DNA of 64,000 nt from Selaginella moellendorffii (lineage: Eukaryota > Plantae > Lycopodiophyta): assembly GCF_000143415.4 (NCBI RefSeq), contig NW_003314340.1, positions 800,161-864,160 on the forward strand, in the 5' to 3' direction. Position 1 is the stretch's first letter. Each line of letters opens with the position of its first letter. Shown one piece after another: positions 1 to 11,757 of the stretch. A model generated the notes under the pieces. That model searched no databases. It was not told where the DNA came from and worked only from the letters and a program-made list of their open reading frames with translations. A program made the translations under genes and the position numbers.

Positions 1-844
1 CCATGCCTCTTTCCAAAAGAACCAACTTCACGACCTTGCCATCGCCAACTTTTGTTCCTTCCTCTTGAGCAGCAGCAGTGGTGCAGGCTTTCAGCACCGC
101 AACAAGAGCCCGAGCATCAGTCCCACACCCCTGTGCTAGCAAGCCAGGAAATAGCTTCACGGCAACTTCGGATTCCCCGCTTTCAATGTACCCTAGCATC
201 AAAGCAGTCCATGAAACTACCCCACGAAACTTCATCCTGTCGAAAACTCTTCGAGCATCTCCCAAGGCCCCGCACTTGGCATAAACGTCAACCAGGCTGC
301 TTGCCACGAACAGTTCGAGCTCGCACCCGTAATTCACAGCCAGGACATGAAGTGCCATTACTTGCTCCAGAGATCTAGCCTTCATCCATTTGCCGTCGAT
401 CTTCTTGCCGTCTTCGTTCTCAGCCAGACCGAGACAAGCCTTGAGCGCAGCAACGAAAGTTCTGCCGTTTGGAGTACAGCCCTCGGCCAGCATGGCTGAA
501 AATAAATCCAAGCCGAGGTCACTCTGTCCATTTCGCACGTAGCCCATCACTAGAGTATTCCAGGACACCACTTCGCGGGCTTGCAGCTTGTCGAAGACAC
601 TGCGAGCTTCGTTCATGCTCCCACACTTTGCATAGAAGTCGATCAGAGTGTTTGACACGTAAATGTTCGAGATGTTGCCGCTTTCGATTGCCTCTGCATG
701 AATTTTCCGTCCCTTCTCCAGGTCCTTTGAACGTCTGCACTGCTTCATGGCGTTTATCAGCACCGCTATGTCCTGGTGTTGTTCCTGCTTCGTAAATGTT
801 TTCCTGGTCCGAAGTGTTTCTGGGGGATTTTGTAAAGCAGCCAT
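1..844 (-). CDS. PLS-class PPR protein, 5' part (runs off the window); extended-L-motif subfamily
   Basis: Manual minus-strand translation from ATG 844 is open to base 1: MAALQNPP...KQCRRSKDLEKGRKIHAEA...VSNTLIDFYAKCGSMNEARSVFDKLQAREVVSWNTLVMGY...PNGRTFVAALKACLGLAENEDGKKIDGKWMKARSLEQVMALH...KVGDGKVVKLVLLERGM. It is absent from the ORF track because it has no stop in the window. Confidence 0.9.
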   Translation of the reverse strand, partial: MAALQNPPETLRTRKTFTKQEQHQDIAVLINAMKQCRRSKDLEKGRKIHAEAIESGNISNIYVSNTLIDFYAKCGSMNEARSVFDKLQAREVVSWNTLVMGYVRNGQSDLGLDLFSAMLAEGCTPNGRTFVAALKACLGLAENEDGKKIDGKWMKARSLEQVMALHVLAVNYGCELELFVASSLVDVYAKCGALGDARRVFDRMKFRGVVSWTALMLGYIESGESEVAVKLFPGLLAQGCGTDARALVAVLKACTTAAAQEEGTKVGDGKVVKLVLLERGM

Positions 845-1039
845 TACTATCTCAGTTTTCCAAAGCTGCAATAAAACAGAACATGAGTAGTTCATGTACA
901 AAGATTTATGGCACACTTACTTTCCAAGTTAAAAATTCTCAAGGAGCTTTGCAATGCAATCATCCCTCACTGAAATCGTCACCTTGTAGAAATACAGGCG
1001 GGTGAGCTTTGTCGATATCAGCTCAAAGGGTATGCAACA

Positions 1040-1860
1040 CACAGTGCTCTCCGAAAAGTAATCTGACTGAGCCCGGGGATAGCGGATGAATCCTTGTTGG
1101 TAGAGCTCTTCCGCGGCCTGCAAGTTCAAAGGTTGCCGATTGATAAACACGAACCAACAGCTTAGAGATTCACACCTTCATTGTCTCCTGAGACCCAAGG
1201 CAATCTTTCGAGCGTGCACGAATGACCAACGGAAGATAATTTAACCGTAGCAAGAGGCTCTTCCACGCACATTTCATATATGGCAACGGCGGGTACATAG
1301 TCGAAGAGATGGCCACGCCTGCGAAACGTAGAAACTAAGCAAGCTACGACTTACGCCCATTTGAAGGACGCTCTGTCGTTCTCCGAGCTGTACACGCAGT
1401 TCATGGTCCAAAAACCTTCAGGATGAACTTGCCAGTATCTTTCAACGACAAAGCCTCGAGTATGTTGGCTACTGGAATGGAGATTCTCTCTTCTCTCGTT
1501 ACCTGGCACGGGCCATGGCTCGTCAAATGGAAGAACAAAGCGGTCCTTGTCTGAAAGCGAGTGAAGGAAGCACCTCTACGTACATCGATCTCCTAGACAT
1601 CTGTTAGAACCAAAAACGAAAAAGGAACTTCAAAGCTTAGAGAAAAACCTGGCGGGCGTCCACAGCATCCGAAAGATTGCGATCTGGCCGGGTGCCAATT
1701 CTGTGCAGCGTGTGCTGGATTACCCTGCAGAAACTATCAGTCCCAAAAGAAGAGAAACAATGGAAGTGTCTCGAAAAATGCTGAGAAGCGAGTGTAAGAG
1801 TCCACTAACATTGAGACAAACCTCTACCACTTCGTAGGCAATGTTCTCGCCTTCTCGATC
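1040..1860 (-). pseudogene. TOP3A: Degenerate, truncated DNA topoisomerase III alpha relic with introns
   Basis: Exon fragments in the correct order: DREGENIAYEVVEVC (TOPRIM), DAVDARQ/EIDVRRGASFTRFQT, SHGPCQ, and AEELYQQGFIRYPRAQSD (catalytic-Tyr region). There is an in-frame stop just upstream of DREGEN, plus deletions and no C-terminus. Confidence 0.8.
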
Positions 1861-2979
1861 AATTAACTAGCTAGAGCTTTCTCCCATTTCTCCTCGGCCG
1901 CAAGATACCGTTTACTAAACCCTAAAGGAACCATGGCGGAGGGAAATCTACTGATGGCGTGGTTGTGTGGAGGCCGGCCAATACGTCTACGAACTATGCC
2001 ATGATGGCGTGTGCTATATCTCTTACAATGCGTCCTTCATGCAGGCCCTTTTGTTGTTTGTGTGCTTCTGATGAAGTGGCGTGTTAATCATTTCTCAATG
2101 CTTCAATGTTTACCTCCTCGCTAGTGGATTTTTTCATTTTTTGGTTTTCCTTTTTTTAACATTTGACGTGGATGTTAATTTCGTGCAACAATTAGTCTTC
2201 TTATAAAATTAAATAGGACGTACTTTTTGTTACATAAATCACTTATAAAAGTTGATATCTAGAATTTGTATAAGAAAAAATATTGTTTCCACTTTTTCAA
2301 ACAAACCCTTTCAAGGAAATATGATTTATTATATTCCAAGATAGTTTTACAATTCCACAGTGTATATAATAAATTTTATATGTGTCTTATACCTAATATT
2401 TATAGTCTCTTCTAAAATTTTATTATATAATTTATAATTTAATTATTTGAAAAAAATAGTTATAGAATTATTGTTACCTAGAGTTATAAAATGTCATATT
2501 TATTATTTTATAGTTTATTCATAAAATTAAGTGGAACAATAGGAAATCTACCAAAAAATCTATTATTCTTTATAAATGTGTAAATATTTTAAAATTTTCA
2601 ACTACAAAATTAAATTTCTTTAGAAAAATTATACTTTAATATTATCAATAATTACAAAAACTAATTAATATTTATAATATTACTGTAAATCTCTATTATT
2701 ATAAAAAGAAAATTAAAAGCTTAGCATTTATACTTAACTTTTGTTTTTAATGCAGCTAATATCTGACTATATACAATTATAGATGATAATAACATCTTAT
2801 AGCTAAATACATTAACATTCTTTTTTGTTGAAATACTATTACAAATTAATTAATTGTGATCCCTTATTCTCAAATTTGATATGATAGATATTAATTGCTA
2901 TTTTTTATTAAACTCTTATGTGATAGTATACATTATTTATTATCCATATTACAAACTATATAACAAAGTTTAATAATTA

Positions 2980-2999
2980 TTATATATATTCCAATATAT

Positions 3000-3065
<66 letters not shown>

Positions 3066-3076
3066 GTATGTATATA
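2980..3076. repeat. (TA)n/(TATG)n microsatellite
   Basis: Direct reading of the sequence. Confidence 0.95.
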
Positions 3077-3230
3077 AAATTTATGGATGAAGTTATTATT
3101 TATATGATCATATAATTATTGTATGGTATAAGATATAAAGATATAGTATCTATATGGTAGATATCATATCTATTTGATCATATTTAAAGATACAAGCTTT
3201 AGCAAGCACACAAAAGAAAAAGAAGTTAAG

Positions 3231-3390
3231 AATGAGATTATTTCCTATCTTCACATTATCAGGGTTATTTATAAAACCAAAAGAAAAATTAATATAGATT
3301 TATTAAGAAAAAAAAGTTGGGAATGAGATTACTTATCAGTGTTATTCATAAAACCAAAAGAAAAATTAATATAGATTTATTATTAAAAAA
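3231..3390. repeat. Two-copy direct repeat of about 70-90 bp
   Basis: aatgagatta...ttatcag..ttatt.ataaaaccaaaagaaaaattaatatagatttatta occurs at ~3231 and ~3322. Confidence 0.8.
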
Positions 3391-3438
3391 ATTTAATTAT
3401 ATTTATAAATAAATTTTATAATTAACATAATTACTAAT

Positions 3439-4570
3439 TTATTCTATAGATTTCCTTATACATGGTTCAAATGAAGTAATAACAAAGCCATCTGGATCTT
3501 CTATTTTGCTCCAAGAATTAGTCTCCAAATTAAAATAAGTAGGAGGGATATTGTAACCTGCATAAATCACTATATAATCTCCATGGATGCTAATGTTGAA
3601 ACATGGTTCCAAACTGGATGGATCATCTTCAAATTCTTCTTCCCATTTTACTCCGAAAAATTCAGTTAAGAAAACCTGATCTATTATATTCCAAGATAAT
3701 TCTATTTTGTCAAGTTCAAAAACACTGAAATACTTATCTCTGTATCCTCTTGGGCGGCTAAATGCCACCAGAATCCATCTTCCCTTGTGTTGAAATATAC
3801 GATGGGCATGACACCTGTATTCCAAAATCTTCCTTGGAATATCTATCAATACCACAGAACTCTGCCACCTTTCCATGTCATCTGTTATTCCGAACACTTC
3901 AATCCCTCCTCCTCCAAGGGTATAAGGTGTAACAACAAACTCAAGGCATTCTTTGTTGTTTTCTATCCAAAGCTCAAGTAGACCTTTGATTGTTGTCCCA
4001 ACTCTGCCACTCCCAAACCTTGGAATTGAAGAAGAAAACCTTCTTTGCTTGATCATGTTCTTTGAGCGGTGAAAAGTCAATACGATTGTTCCCAGTGAGG
4101 ACAAATATCTTGAAACTATCCCTGGAACTTCCTGAATCATCATCCACCAATAGCTCGACATGATTCAACTTCCCGAGATATTTATCAAATTCATCCTCTT
4201 CTTCGTCTCGTGGAAATAATGGAAGCCCTTTCCACTGTCGCGTGAAAGTGTTTCCGACCCAGAAGCTCTCCCATCCGAAACTAAAGAAGAGGCCCTTGCA
4301 GGTTGCTAGGCAATCAAGGCCATCCTCCTCGTGGAATAGATGGAGGTCCAGCTTGAACCGCTGCTTGGAGGCAACAAACCACACCTCGTACTCTTGGTCA
4401 TCCATACATACCAGCACACCGGGCTCGCTCGGATCTTTAATCGCATGGAGCCACTCTTGGTAGAGCTCTATGATGCAAGACTTCCATTCCTTGCACACGG
4501 CCGTGCATCTTGCCAGATCCCGCTTGGGCAGAAGCCGCCGCTCGAATAACGCACGCGCTACTTCCATACC
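3439..4570 (-). pseudogene. F-box protein gene split by a frameshift near 3975-4000
   Basis: F-box-like MEVARALFERRLLPKRDLARCTAVCKEWKSCI and a beta-propeller-like LATCKGLF...VGNTFTRQWKGLP; coding continues in the overlapping ORF 3439..4161 with no credible intron between the two frames. Confidence 0.7.
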
Positions 4571-4654
4571 CAAACAAGGAAAACAAGTCCGTTTAACGCC
4601 GAGCCGAAGGTTTGAGTTTCCTTTTCCAGCCTGTGTTGTTTCCAAAGTAGAGCA

Positions 4655-5965
4655 ATCCACCCTGGCGCCTGGATGAATCGATGCAAGCCTCGCACACACT
4701 TTTCTCCAGTTTGGACGAGCAAAATGTGTTCAAACCTGGGGAAGAAATCGAGAGAACAAACAAGAAAGAAAATGAATCACAATGGAAGTGTGAGAGACAA
4801 TATCAACACCACTTAGTGGGTGATGCAACGCTTGGACCACACCGATAAGCATGGAACGAGCGTCTCCTTCTTCGTAAACACTCGTTAGATAGTTATGCAT
4901 CTCGATCAAGGCCTGTAAAGAAGCACAACAAAGATTTGTAAAAAGAAGAGGAAGATAGAAATCACAAAAGTTTTCCTGTGATCAAGCTGAGAAACTTCGG
5001 TCATGGCTCCTTTAAACCATTCAAAGGAGACTGTGATGGTGCTCCATGTGGTCCATTAACACAGGATATCTACTGGGAAAAAATTTAGAGATCATACGAA
5101 AAGCTAAGAAAACAAACTTGATACGACCTGCACATAAGCCATGAAAAACTTGTTAGTTTTCTTCACGAGAAACTTACTTGAGAGAACATTTTCATTAGCT
5201 CTTGCGTCCAATCCCCGAGGCTGCGTATGTGTACACTTACATACTCATCTCCCGGTGCGGAAGCTCTGGAGAATGGATGCCTGTAATACAAAAAAATCTT
5301 TCAGAAAAAAAAAAACTTTTGTTGCACACAATTCTAGCTTACCATTCGAAGGGTGAAACAGCCGGGCATTGCAAGAAGAGATATATTCCACTCTGATATC
5401 TAAAGCCCGGAGGTTTAGTCATGTATAAAGCAAGAACATCTCCTGGGTAAATGAAATATCGTTAAAAAAAGATCGATCAAGCAAAACTTGAAAAGATCCA
5501 ACTTTGTTTACCTTTACAATGCTAACCTTCTAAGTACAAGCTTGTAGAGCGGTAGTTATATACATCCAGGCCTGCGAGAACAACGAAACACGAAGAAGAA
5601 GAAAGGTGTTTACCGTATTTTCTCTCCAGTCCCGAGCGAGGAACAAAACAATGGAGTGAACGATGAGAAGACCGTAAACGAGGACGATCAAATGGTGCGA
5701 GTACCATTTTAAAAGGCATTGAAGCCCGTCAAACCTGTGGAATGGCCAGTGGAGCTTAAGGATATTTCTCCTCGACCAGTGCGTGGCCAGCAAAAAAGCG
5801 ATGATCATGAGCAGCAGCACCATTCATTCCCTCGATCGAAAGCACCAAATCCAGGTACGTCGGCTGCGCAGACTTGAAGTTCACGTGTACTATCTGTATA
5901 AACTTGATGTCGTCCACAGTGGAAATCCGGTAAAATTGCAGGTTAAGTGATTGCTGCTGCAACCA
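4655..5965 (-). pseudogene. RBOH: Respiratory burst oxidase homolog (NADPH oxidase) relic, C-terminal half
   Basis: Fragments: [105 protein letters not shown]. Contains stops, frameshifts and an internal deletion. Confidence 0.9.
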
Positions 5966-6449
5966 GCTGATCTAAGAAAGGAAAAAACAGAAGAACATGT
6001 AAGAAGCTCTGACTGTGAAGATTCGTCAATAAAAAAAGGACGACAATGGCGATGGCGATGAAGCAATGAAAAGTATAAGAAATGCATAAACAATAAAGCA
6101 CGTCAAAGCACACCCAAGCCAAGTACCAGAGACGGCCGGAACAATACTTTAGCTTTTCACTGTCAGGATCACAAGAACAATCAATCAGTCAAGGAAGAAC
6201 ATTACGATCAACTGGTTGAAACGAGAGAAAAGAAAGCAAAGGAAAGAAACACCAGGGACCCGCAAGCAAGAGAATCAACCCAGAAGATGAAAACAAAAAG
6301 CCAAACTTGCCAGTCGCGGAGTAAGAAGAACTTGTAAGCAAAAAAACCAAACCACTGGAGAAGATGGAATTTGCAGCGAAGGGTAAGAAGAAGGACAAAA
6401 GAGAGAAATATCGCGGTGACGAAGAACCAAACACCAGACAAAAAACATA

Positions 6450-7700
6450 CTTGCAACAGTAGCTGCTCTGAATCCCCGATCCATGTCAGAATGGGTGATC
6501 ATGGATATTGGCATCACAACCTTCATAGATTATTCCAGTTGGCACAATGCTCAGGTAACTTGGAAACACAAACTTTTGACGGCCATGAATTCTGGCTCTC
6601 CACCAGTAGCAACAAGGGCGATGCTTATCGACTGTGGGACAGTTTCTTTCTTCTTCTTCCTTGTCTGTAACTTAAAGGACGCTTGAACGAAACAACAAAG
6701 TTTTGCATCAGTAAGTAAACAATCGGTGTCAACGAGCACGTACCAATGCTTCCAGAAAGACAAGGTGCAATTATGTGTAACACAATCCTGTCCAAAAGAA
6801 AAAGCGTATAGAAAGAGCATATCGCATTCACAACAAGGGCAGCAATAGAGTTCTCATACTCTGTTAATCATTTTGACATCTCTCTCAGATCTGGAAATGC
6901 AGCAAAAAGATTTGCATTTTAAAACATAAAATCTGGAGCTCTTACCAGAGAGAATGGTGAAATCAAATGTGTACAAAGGGGCTCTCACTCACAAGTCACG
7001 AGCTGAGTGTCGATTCCTCCATAGGCGTGTTGTACTAGGGGCTTGGACTTCATGGCTCTCCCGGAAGAATTTTGTTGATGGAAGTATGCAAGAATTTCGT
7101 TGAATACATTGATTTAAAAGAAAAGGAAGATCAGAAACGTTGGCAAAAGGTAAAACGAAAAGCACCTTGATAATGCCGGTACCAAGCAATCTCGGATCTC
7201 GGTAGCGGTAATCTTGGATCTTAAGCAGGCACCAGCCTCCATGGAAGGAAGATAAGTAAAACGACATGGTTCCGAGCTCATAGTGAAAATCAAGAACAAA
7301 AACAAAAAGGAAGAACTAACCTGTGCCAAGCTTGCTCGTAACTGAAGTAAGAACTCTTCACAAGCTCTACCTCCGCACCTTGTGTCTCCTCGTCAACTGC
7401 AAATCACGAAAACAAAGTCATGGAATGCAAAAGAGAAAGAGAAACACCTTGCTTTCGAAGAGAGCCAATAAAAGACCCTTCCATTTTTGTGTTGGTATAG
7501 ATGATCGCCCGCTGTGCTTGGAACTTAACTGCGTCAAGCATAAAACCCAAATCGTGGAGCTCTCTACAAAAGTCGCTAAACATCATACCGTTACCTGGAA
7601 AAAGAAGCGCGTTCTGATCGAATGGACTCCGTCCGTGTGAATTGACGATCGTGCACACCAAACTCGTCCTCCGATCTACATGCCACCCGCGTCACACCTC
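6450..7700 (-). pseudogene. Unassigned spliced exon fragments upstream of the RBOH relic
   Basis: GT-AG-bounded exon-like blocks (e.g. DFCRELHDLGFMLDAVKFQAQRAIIYTNTK, VDEETQGAEVELVKSSYFSYEQAWH) separated by pyrimidine-rich introns, with stops downstream; family not recognised. Confidence 0.35.
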
Positions 7701-7834
7701 GCGGATTCCTGGCGCTCTTCTCGCCTAGCTTGTTCTTGAAGCTAAGCTTTGCCACGGTTATGGTTTTTGGGCATCAATGGGCGCTAATACCAAGCGAAGA
7801 GCAAGATAGATCGATTGCTACTGCCTCTGGCAGA

Positions 7835-8045
7835 AATTCCATGGTGGAGGCTGCTCGATTCTGGCCGCGGTGCCATGGCAATGCTCGATGCCGGTGCTGC
7901 GATGGCAAGGCTTGATTCCTGCAGTGCAATGTCTGGCCGTGCCGCGATGGTGAGGGTCTATTCCAGCCGCCTTGCGATGGCAATGATCGCTGCTTCCAGC
8001 CGTCGTGCGATGGCAATGATCGCTGCTTCCGGCCGTGTTGCGAGG
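7835..8045 (+). repeat. Degenerate ~33-bp tandem repeat
   Basis: Units such as gcgatggcaatgatcgctgcttcc.gccgt at ~7974 and ~8007, with more diverged copies upstream. Confidence 0.65.
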
Positions 8046-8693
8046 TCTGGATGCTTTCTTGTGATGGAAGGGCTCGAAATTTATTTGATCAGGCAAGCGA
8101 GATTTACATGGAGAGAGCATTGGTGCTGCTTCACGCAATTGTATCACTTAGGGCGTCATCTTTGTTTGAATGAATTCCTTGTTTAACTGGTGGTTTTCCA
8201 AAAGAATTTTATCATCGATTTCAGGCAAATGAAGCTGAGCGTATTTGGATGGCGTGCATGCTCTACATCGTGAAGAAGCTGGAGAGGAAAGGAGTTCACG
8301 CATTTATGCCGTCACAGGTTCTATGAGTGACTAATCTAAGGTGAGCTTCGTTAGTTTTTGTTGATTCTTTTGCCCATACTTTAAACTCGTGAGCAGTGAT
8401 ATTACTACTCTTCCACAGTTCTTAAGAAATTGGATACCAACTCTGGAGGGTATTTTCAGTGTAGAAGACCAAGAAACTTTGATAGTTCTATCCAGGTGAG
8501 AGATTGATTACATTGTCAAATTTCCCGACAGTTTTCCGACAGCCACTACAAAAGGTTTCAGGATTACTTGAGTAATAAAAGGACATGATAGCTGCTCTTT
8601 CTGGCTGCCTTCCTTGGGCAGCATCCTAATCTTTCTTATGTGTACAAACACTCTTCTAACCGTCATTGTAAGATGTGGTGCTTTGCAACGCTT

Positions 8694-8980
8694 GATCTCT
8701 GATAAACTATTTCCAATTTGTAATTTCCATTGATTTTCTTTTCAGATGGCATAGTCCACGTCAAGGGATTGCTACCTATCAATTTGAAACTTCTGGAGGT
8801 TATGGCATGTGACCGAAACATAATTGAAGAGGTCCTGTGTGATCTCTGATAAACTATTTCCAATTTGTAATTTCCATTGATTTTCTTTCCAGATGGCATA
8901 GTCCACGTCAAGGGATTGCTACCTATCAATTTGAAACTTCTGGAGGTTATGGCATGTGACCGAAACATAATTGAAGAGGT
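8694..8980 (+). repeat. Near-perfect tandem duplication, 147-bp period, containing a splice acceptor plus exon
   Basis: gatctctgataaactatttcc...cagatggcatagtccacg...ataattgaagaggt at 8694 and 8841. Confidence 0.9.
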
Positions 8981-9164
8981 GGCACACAGGACCAAACTTG
9001 TACTTGAAGAGCTAGAACTGAAAAATGGAACAGAAGAGTTAGCTCATGAAAACATATTATGTGGCATTTTAGACTTTTTTATGACCCTTAAACACTCTAA
9101 ATGAGTTTTTTACCCCTTTTTTCTTCTAGTGTTCTACTCATTATGCTTTGCAATATAAACTACT

Positions 9165-11015
9165 AAAGGTTGATGATTTTGATTCCAAGAGTTTGTTCCT
9201 ACCACAAAAACCCTTTAGATGAGTAATGTTATTAATTTTTTAGTATAATAGTGCTTATTAGTGTTTGTCAATGCTTTATAAAGTAAGCCTCTTTGCATGA
9301 TTCTACTCTACCAAAATTTACTCATGTGGCAAAAGTATTCTAAGTACTTTTTTGTTCTTGTAATTTTTTAGTCGTAATGCTCTATCACATACTTTATAGC
9401 AAGAGTTACATTGAATGAAAGTTGGTCCTATTGCCAAGGCCAGGCCAAGATGCCTTCTTCCATACAAATTTATTTATATTACATTGTTGTTATTGATAGT
9501 ACTAATTATTCTTTTTTTCTTCAGATAAAATTCTTTTAAAAACAACACAATTATTCTTGGATTTTTTTGGGATCACGGAAATTATGTAATATGTTTTACA
9601 TATTCACAGAAACATATGTTTCACCATATGTAAAATATGTAAAACATATTTTACATATGGTTTACATCAAATTAATTTGAAATTGTTAATGAAGTTATAG
9701 TTTTAACAATTTATATTTTAAATTCCCACCAACTGATGATGTATTCAATATGTCGAAATAAAAATGCAATTAGAAAGAAGAAAGTGGTAAAATTGAAAAT
9801 AGGTAAATATGAGGCATATAATAAATATCAAGATGGAACAAAAAAATTAGTTCAACCAAGGCAATTTCCATTTATTACTATTAATTTTTTTGGTAATACC
9901 TTTCTATTTTAAAATTTTAATTTACAAAATTTATTTTTTAGGTAATGGCTCTAGGATAGTTAAGACTTTCGAAGAAATTAAAAAATGGATGGAGACACTA
10001 GTGATATTTCAAAAAGTTATGTGCTTTACTCAACAAAGAATCATAAGAAATTGACATAATAATAGTTAATTATATTATACAAAGTAATTTTACTTCCATC
10101 AAAAGTTGATGACCTTGATTCCATTGCATTTGTGAAACTTGCTCCTACCACAAAAACATTTTAGATAAATAATGTTATCAGCTTTTTAGTATAATAGTGC
10201 TCATTAGTGGTTGTCAATGCTTTATAAGGCAAGCCCCTCGCATGATTCCACTCTAACAAAGTTTACTTTTATTGTAAAAATCTTTCAAATACTTTTTTGT
10301 TTTTATAATTTTTTAATAGTAGTGTTCCATCACATGCTTTATAGCAAGAGTTGCCTTGAGTGGAGGTTACTTTTATTGCCAAGGCCAGGCCAAAATGCCT
10401 TTTTCCATACAAGTTTATTTATATTACATTGTTGTTATTGATAGTATTAATTATTCTTTTTTTTAAATAAAATTATTTTAAAAGCAACACAATTGTTCTT
10501 GGATTTTTTTGGGATCACGGAAACTATATAATATGTTTCACATATTCACGGAACATATGTTTTACATATTTTACATATGGTTTACATCAAATTAGTTTGA
10601 AATTGTTAATAAAGTTATAGTTTTAATAATTTATGTTTTAGATTCCCACTAAGTGATAATGCATTCAATATGTTAGGATAAAAATGCAATCAAAAAGAAG
10701 AAAGTGGTAAAATTGAATATGGGTAAATATGAGATATATCACAAATATCAAGATGGAACAGAAAAATTAGTTCAACCAAGGCAATCTCCATTTACTACTA
10801 TTGGTTTTACTGGTAATACCTTTCTATTTTAAATTTTTAGTTTACAAAATTTATTTTTTAGGTAATGGCTCTAGAATAGTTAAAACTTTAGAAGAAATCA
10901 AAAAAATGAATGGAGACATTAGTGATATCTCAAAAAGTTATGTGCTTTACTCAACAAAGAGTTATAAAATATTGACATAATGGTAGTTAGTTATATTAGA
11001 CAAAATAATTTTAGT
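9165..11015 (+). repeat. Diverged tandem duplication of ~0.93 kb in an AT-rich decayed multi-exon sequence
   Basis: ~9165-10093 aligns with ~10101-11014; shared blocks include cctaccacaaaaac, gccaaggccaggccaa, gggatcacggaa, gttcaaccaaggcaat, ggtaatggctctag. Confidence 0.9.
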
Positions 11016-11757
11016 TTATTTGTTATTTAAATTTTAATAAATTAACATTTTTTTAGTGGAGATAGAGCCAAAGAAATGGGTGCAAAAGAAAGTGAAGGGT
11101 GTATTGGCTTTGAAACTTTTTATACTTTACCAGCTTTGAGGAAATCTCTTCACCAAGCCCATGATATTAATAAAAAGATATTTGCACATATCACTTTCAA
11201 CATTACTAGTGTTGCAATTAACAATGATCCAAACTACAGCTATTCCATGAAATGTATTGTTTTTGGGAAGATTGGGCACAACAAAGAGTATAAGTAACAA
11301 GAGTCTACAGTGGAGTACTTTGTACCAATCTTCTAGTAAATTTTTCTTTATACTTCATTATTCTTATTGGTTATTAATGTTACAGACTACAAATGTTACT
11401 AGAAATTGTAAATTCACGAAATGATTGTTCAGGCTGAGCATTGTCAATGCTTGATGGGATTGGGTTTAAGACAATTATTGCATCTTAACCCTAAAGTTTT
11501 GAAAGGATGAACAAAATGACCTTTGGAAGGGGTGTATAGCGAAATTCAGCCATTTTACTAAAACCAACACTTGAATAACTTCCATAAGAAACATTGGCCT
11601 CCACTCTTTTGGTTGGCCATGTGCTGTTCTCGCTATATATTAGAGGCCATATTTTAAAAATATTTGTCGCTAAAACAAAAAGTGTCAAATGTCCTAGATG
11701 TTGAACTTATTGAGACACTTGGAGCATTAACCTCATGCAAAGAATCAAACAGAAACT

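Larger units (their letters stand above)
2150..3440. other. Extremely AT-rich, CpG-depleted block (probable decayed methylated repeat)
   Basis: Almost no CG dinucleotides and no ORFs; sharp compositional boundary with the flanking genes. Confidence 0.55.

Noticed and set aside
11490-11640. Possible Mutator-like terminal inverted repeat (ggggtgtatagcgaaatt)
   Set aside because: No matching partner terminus or target-site duplication found; only an ~8-bp local inverted match
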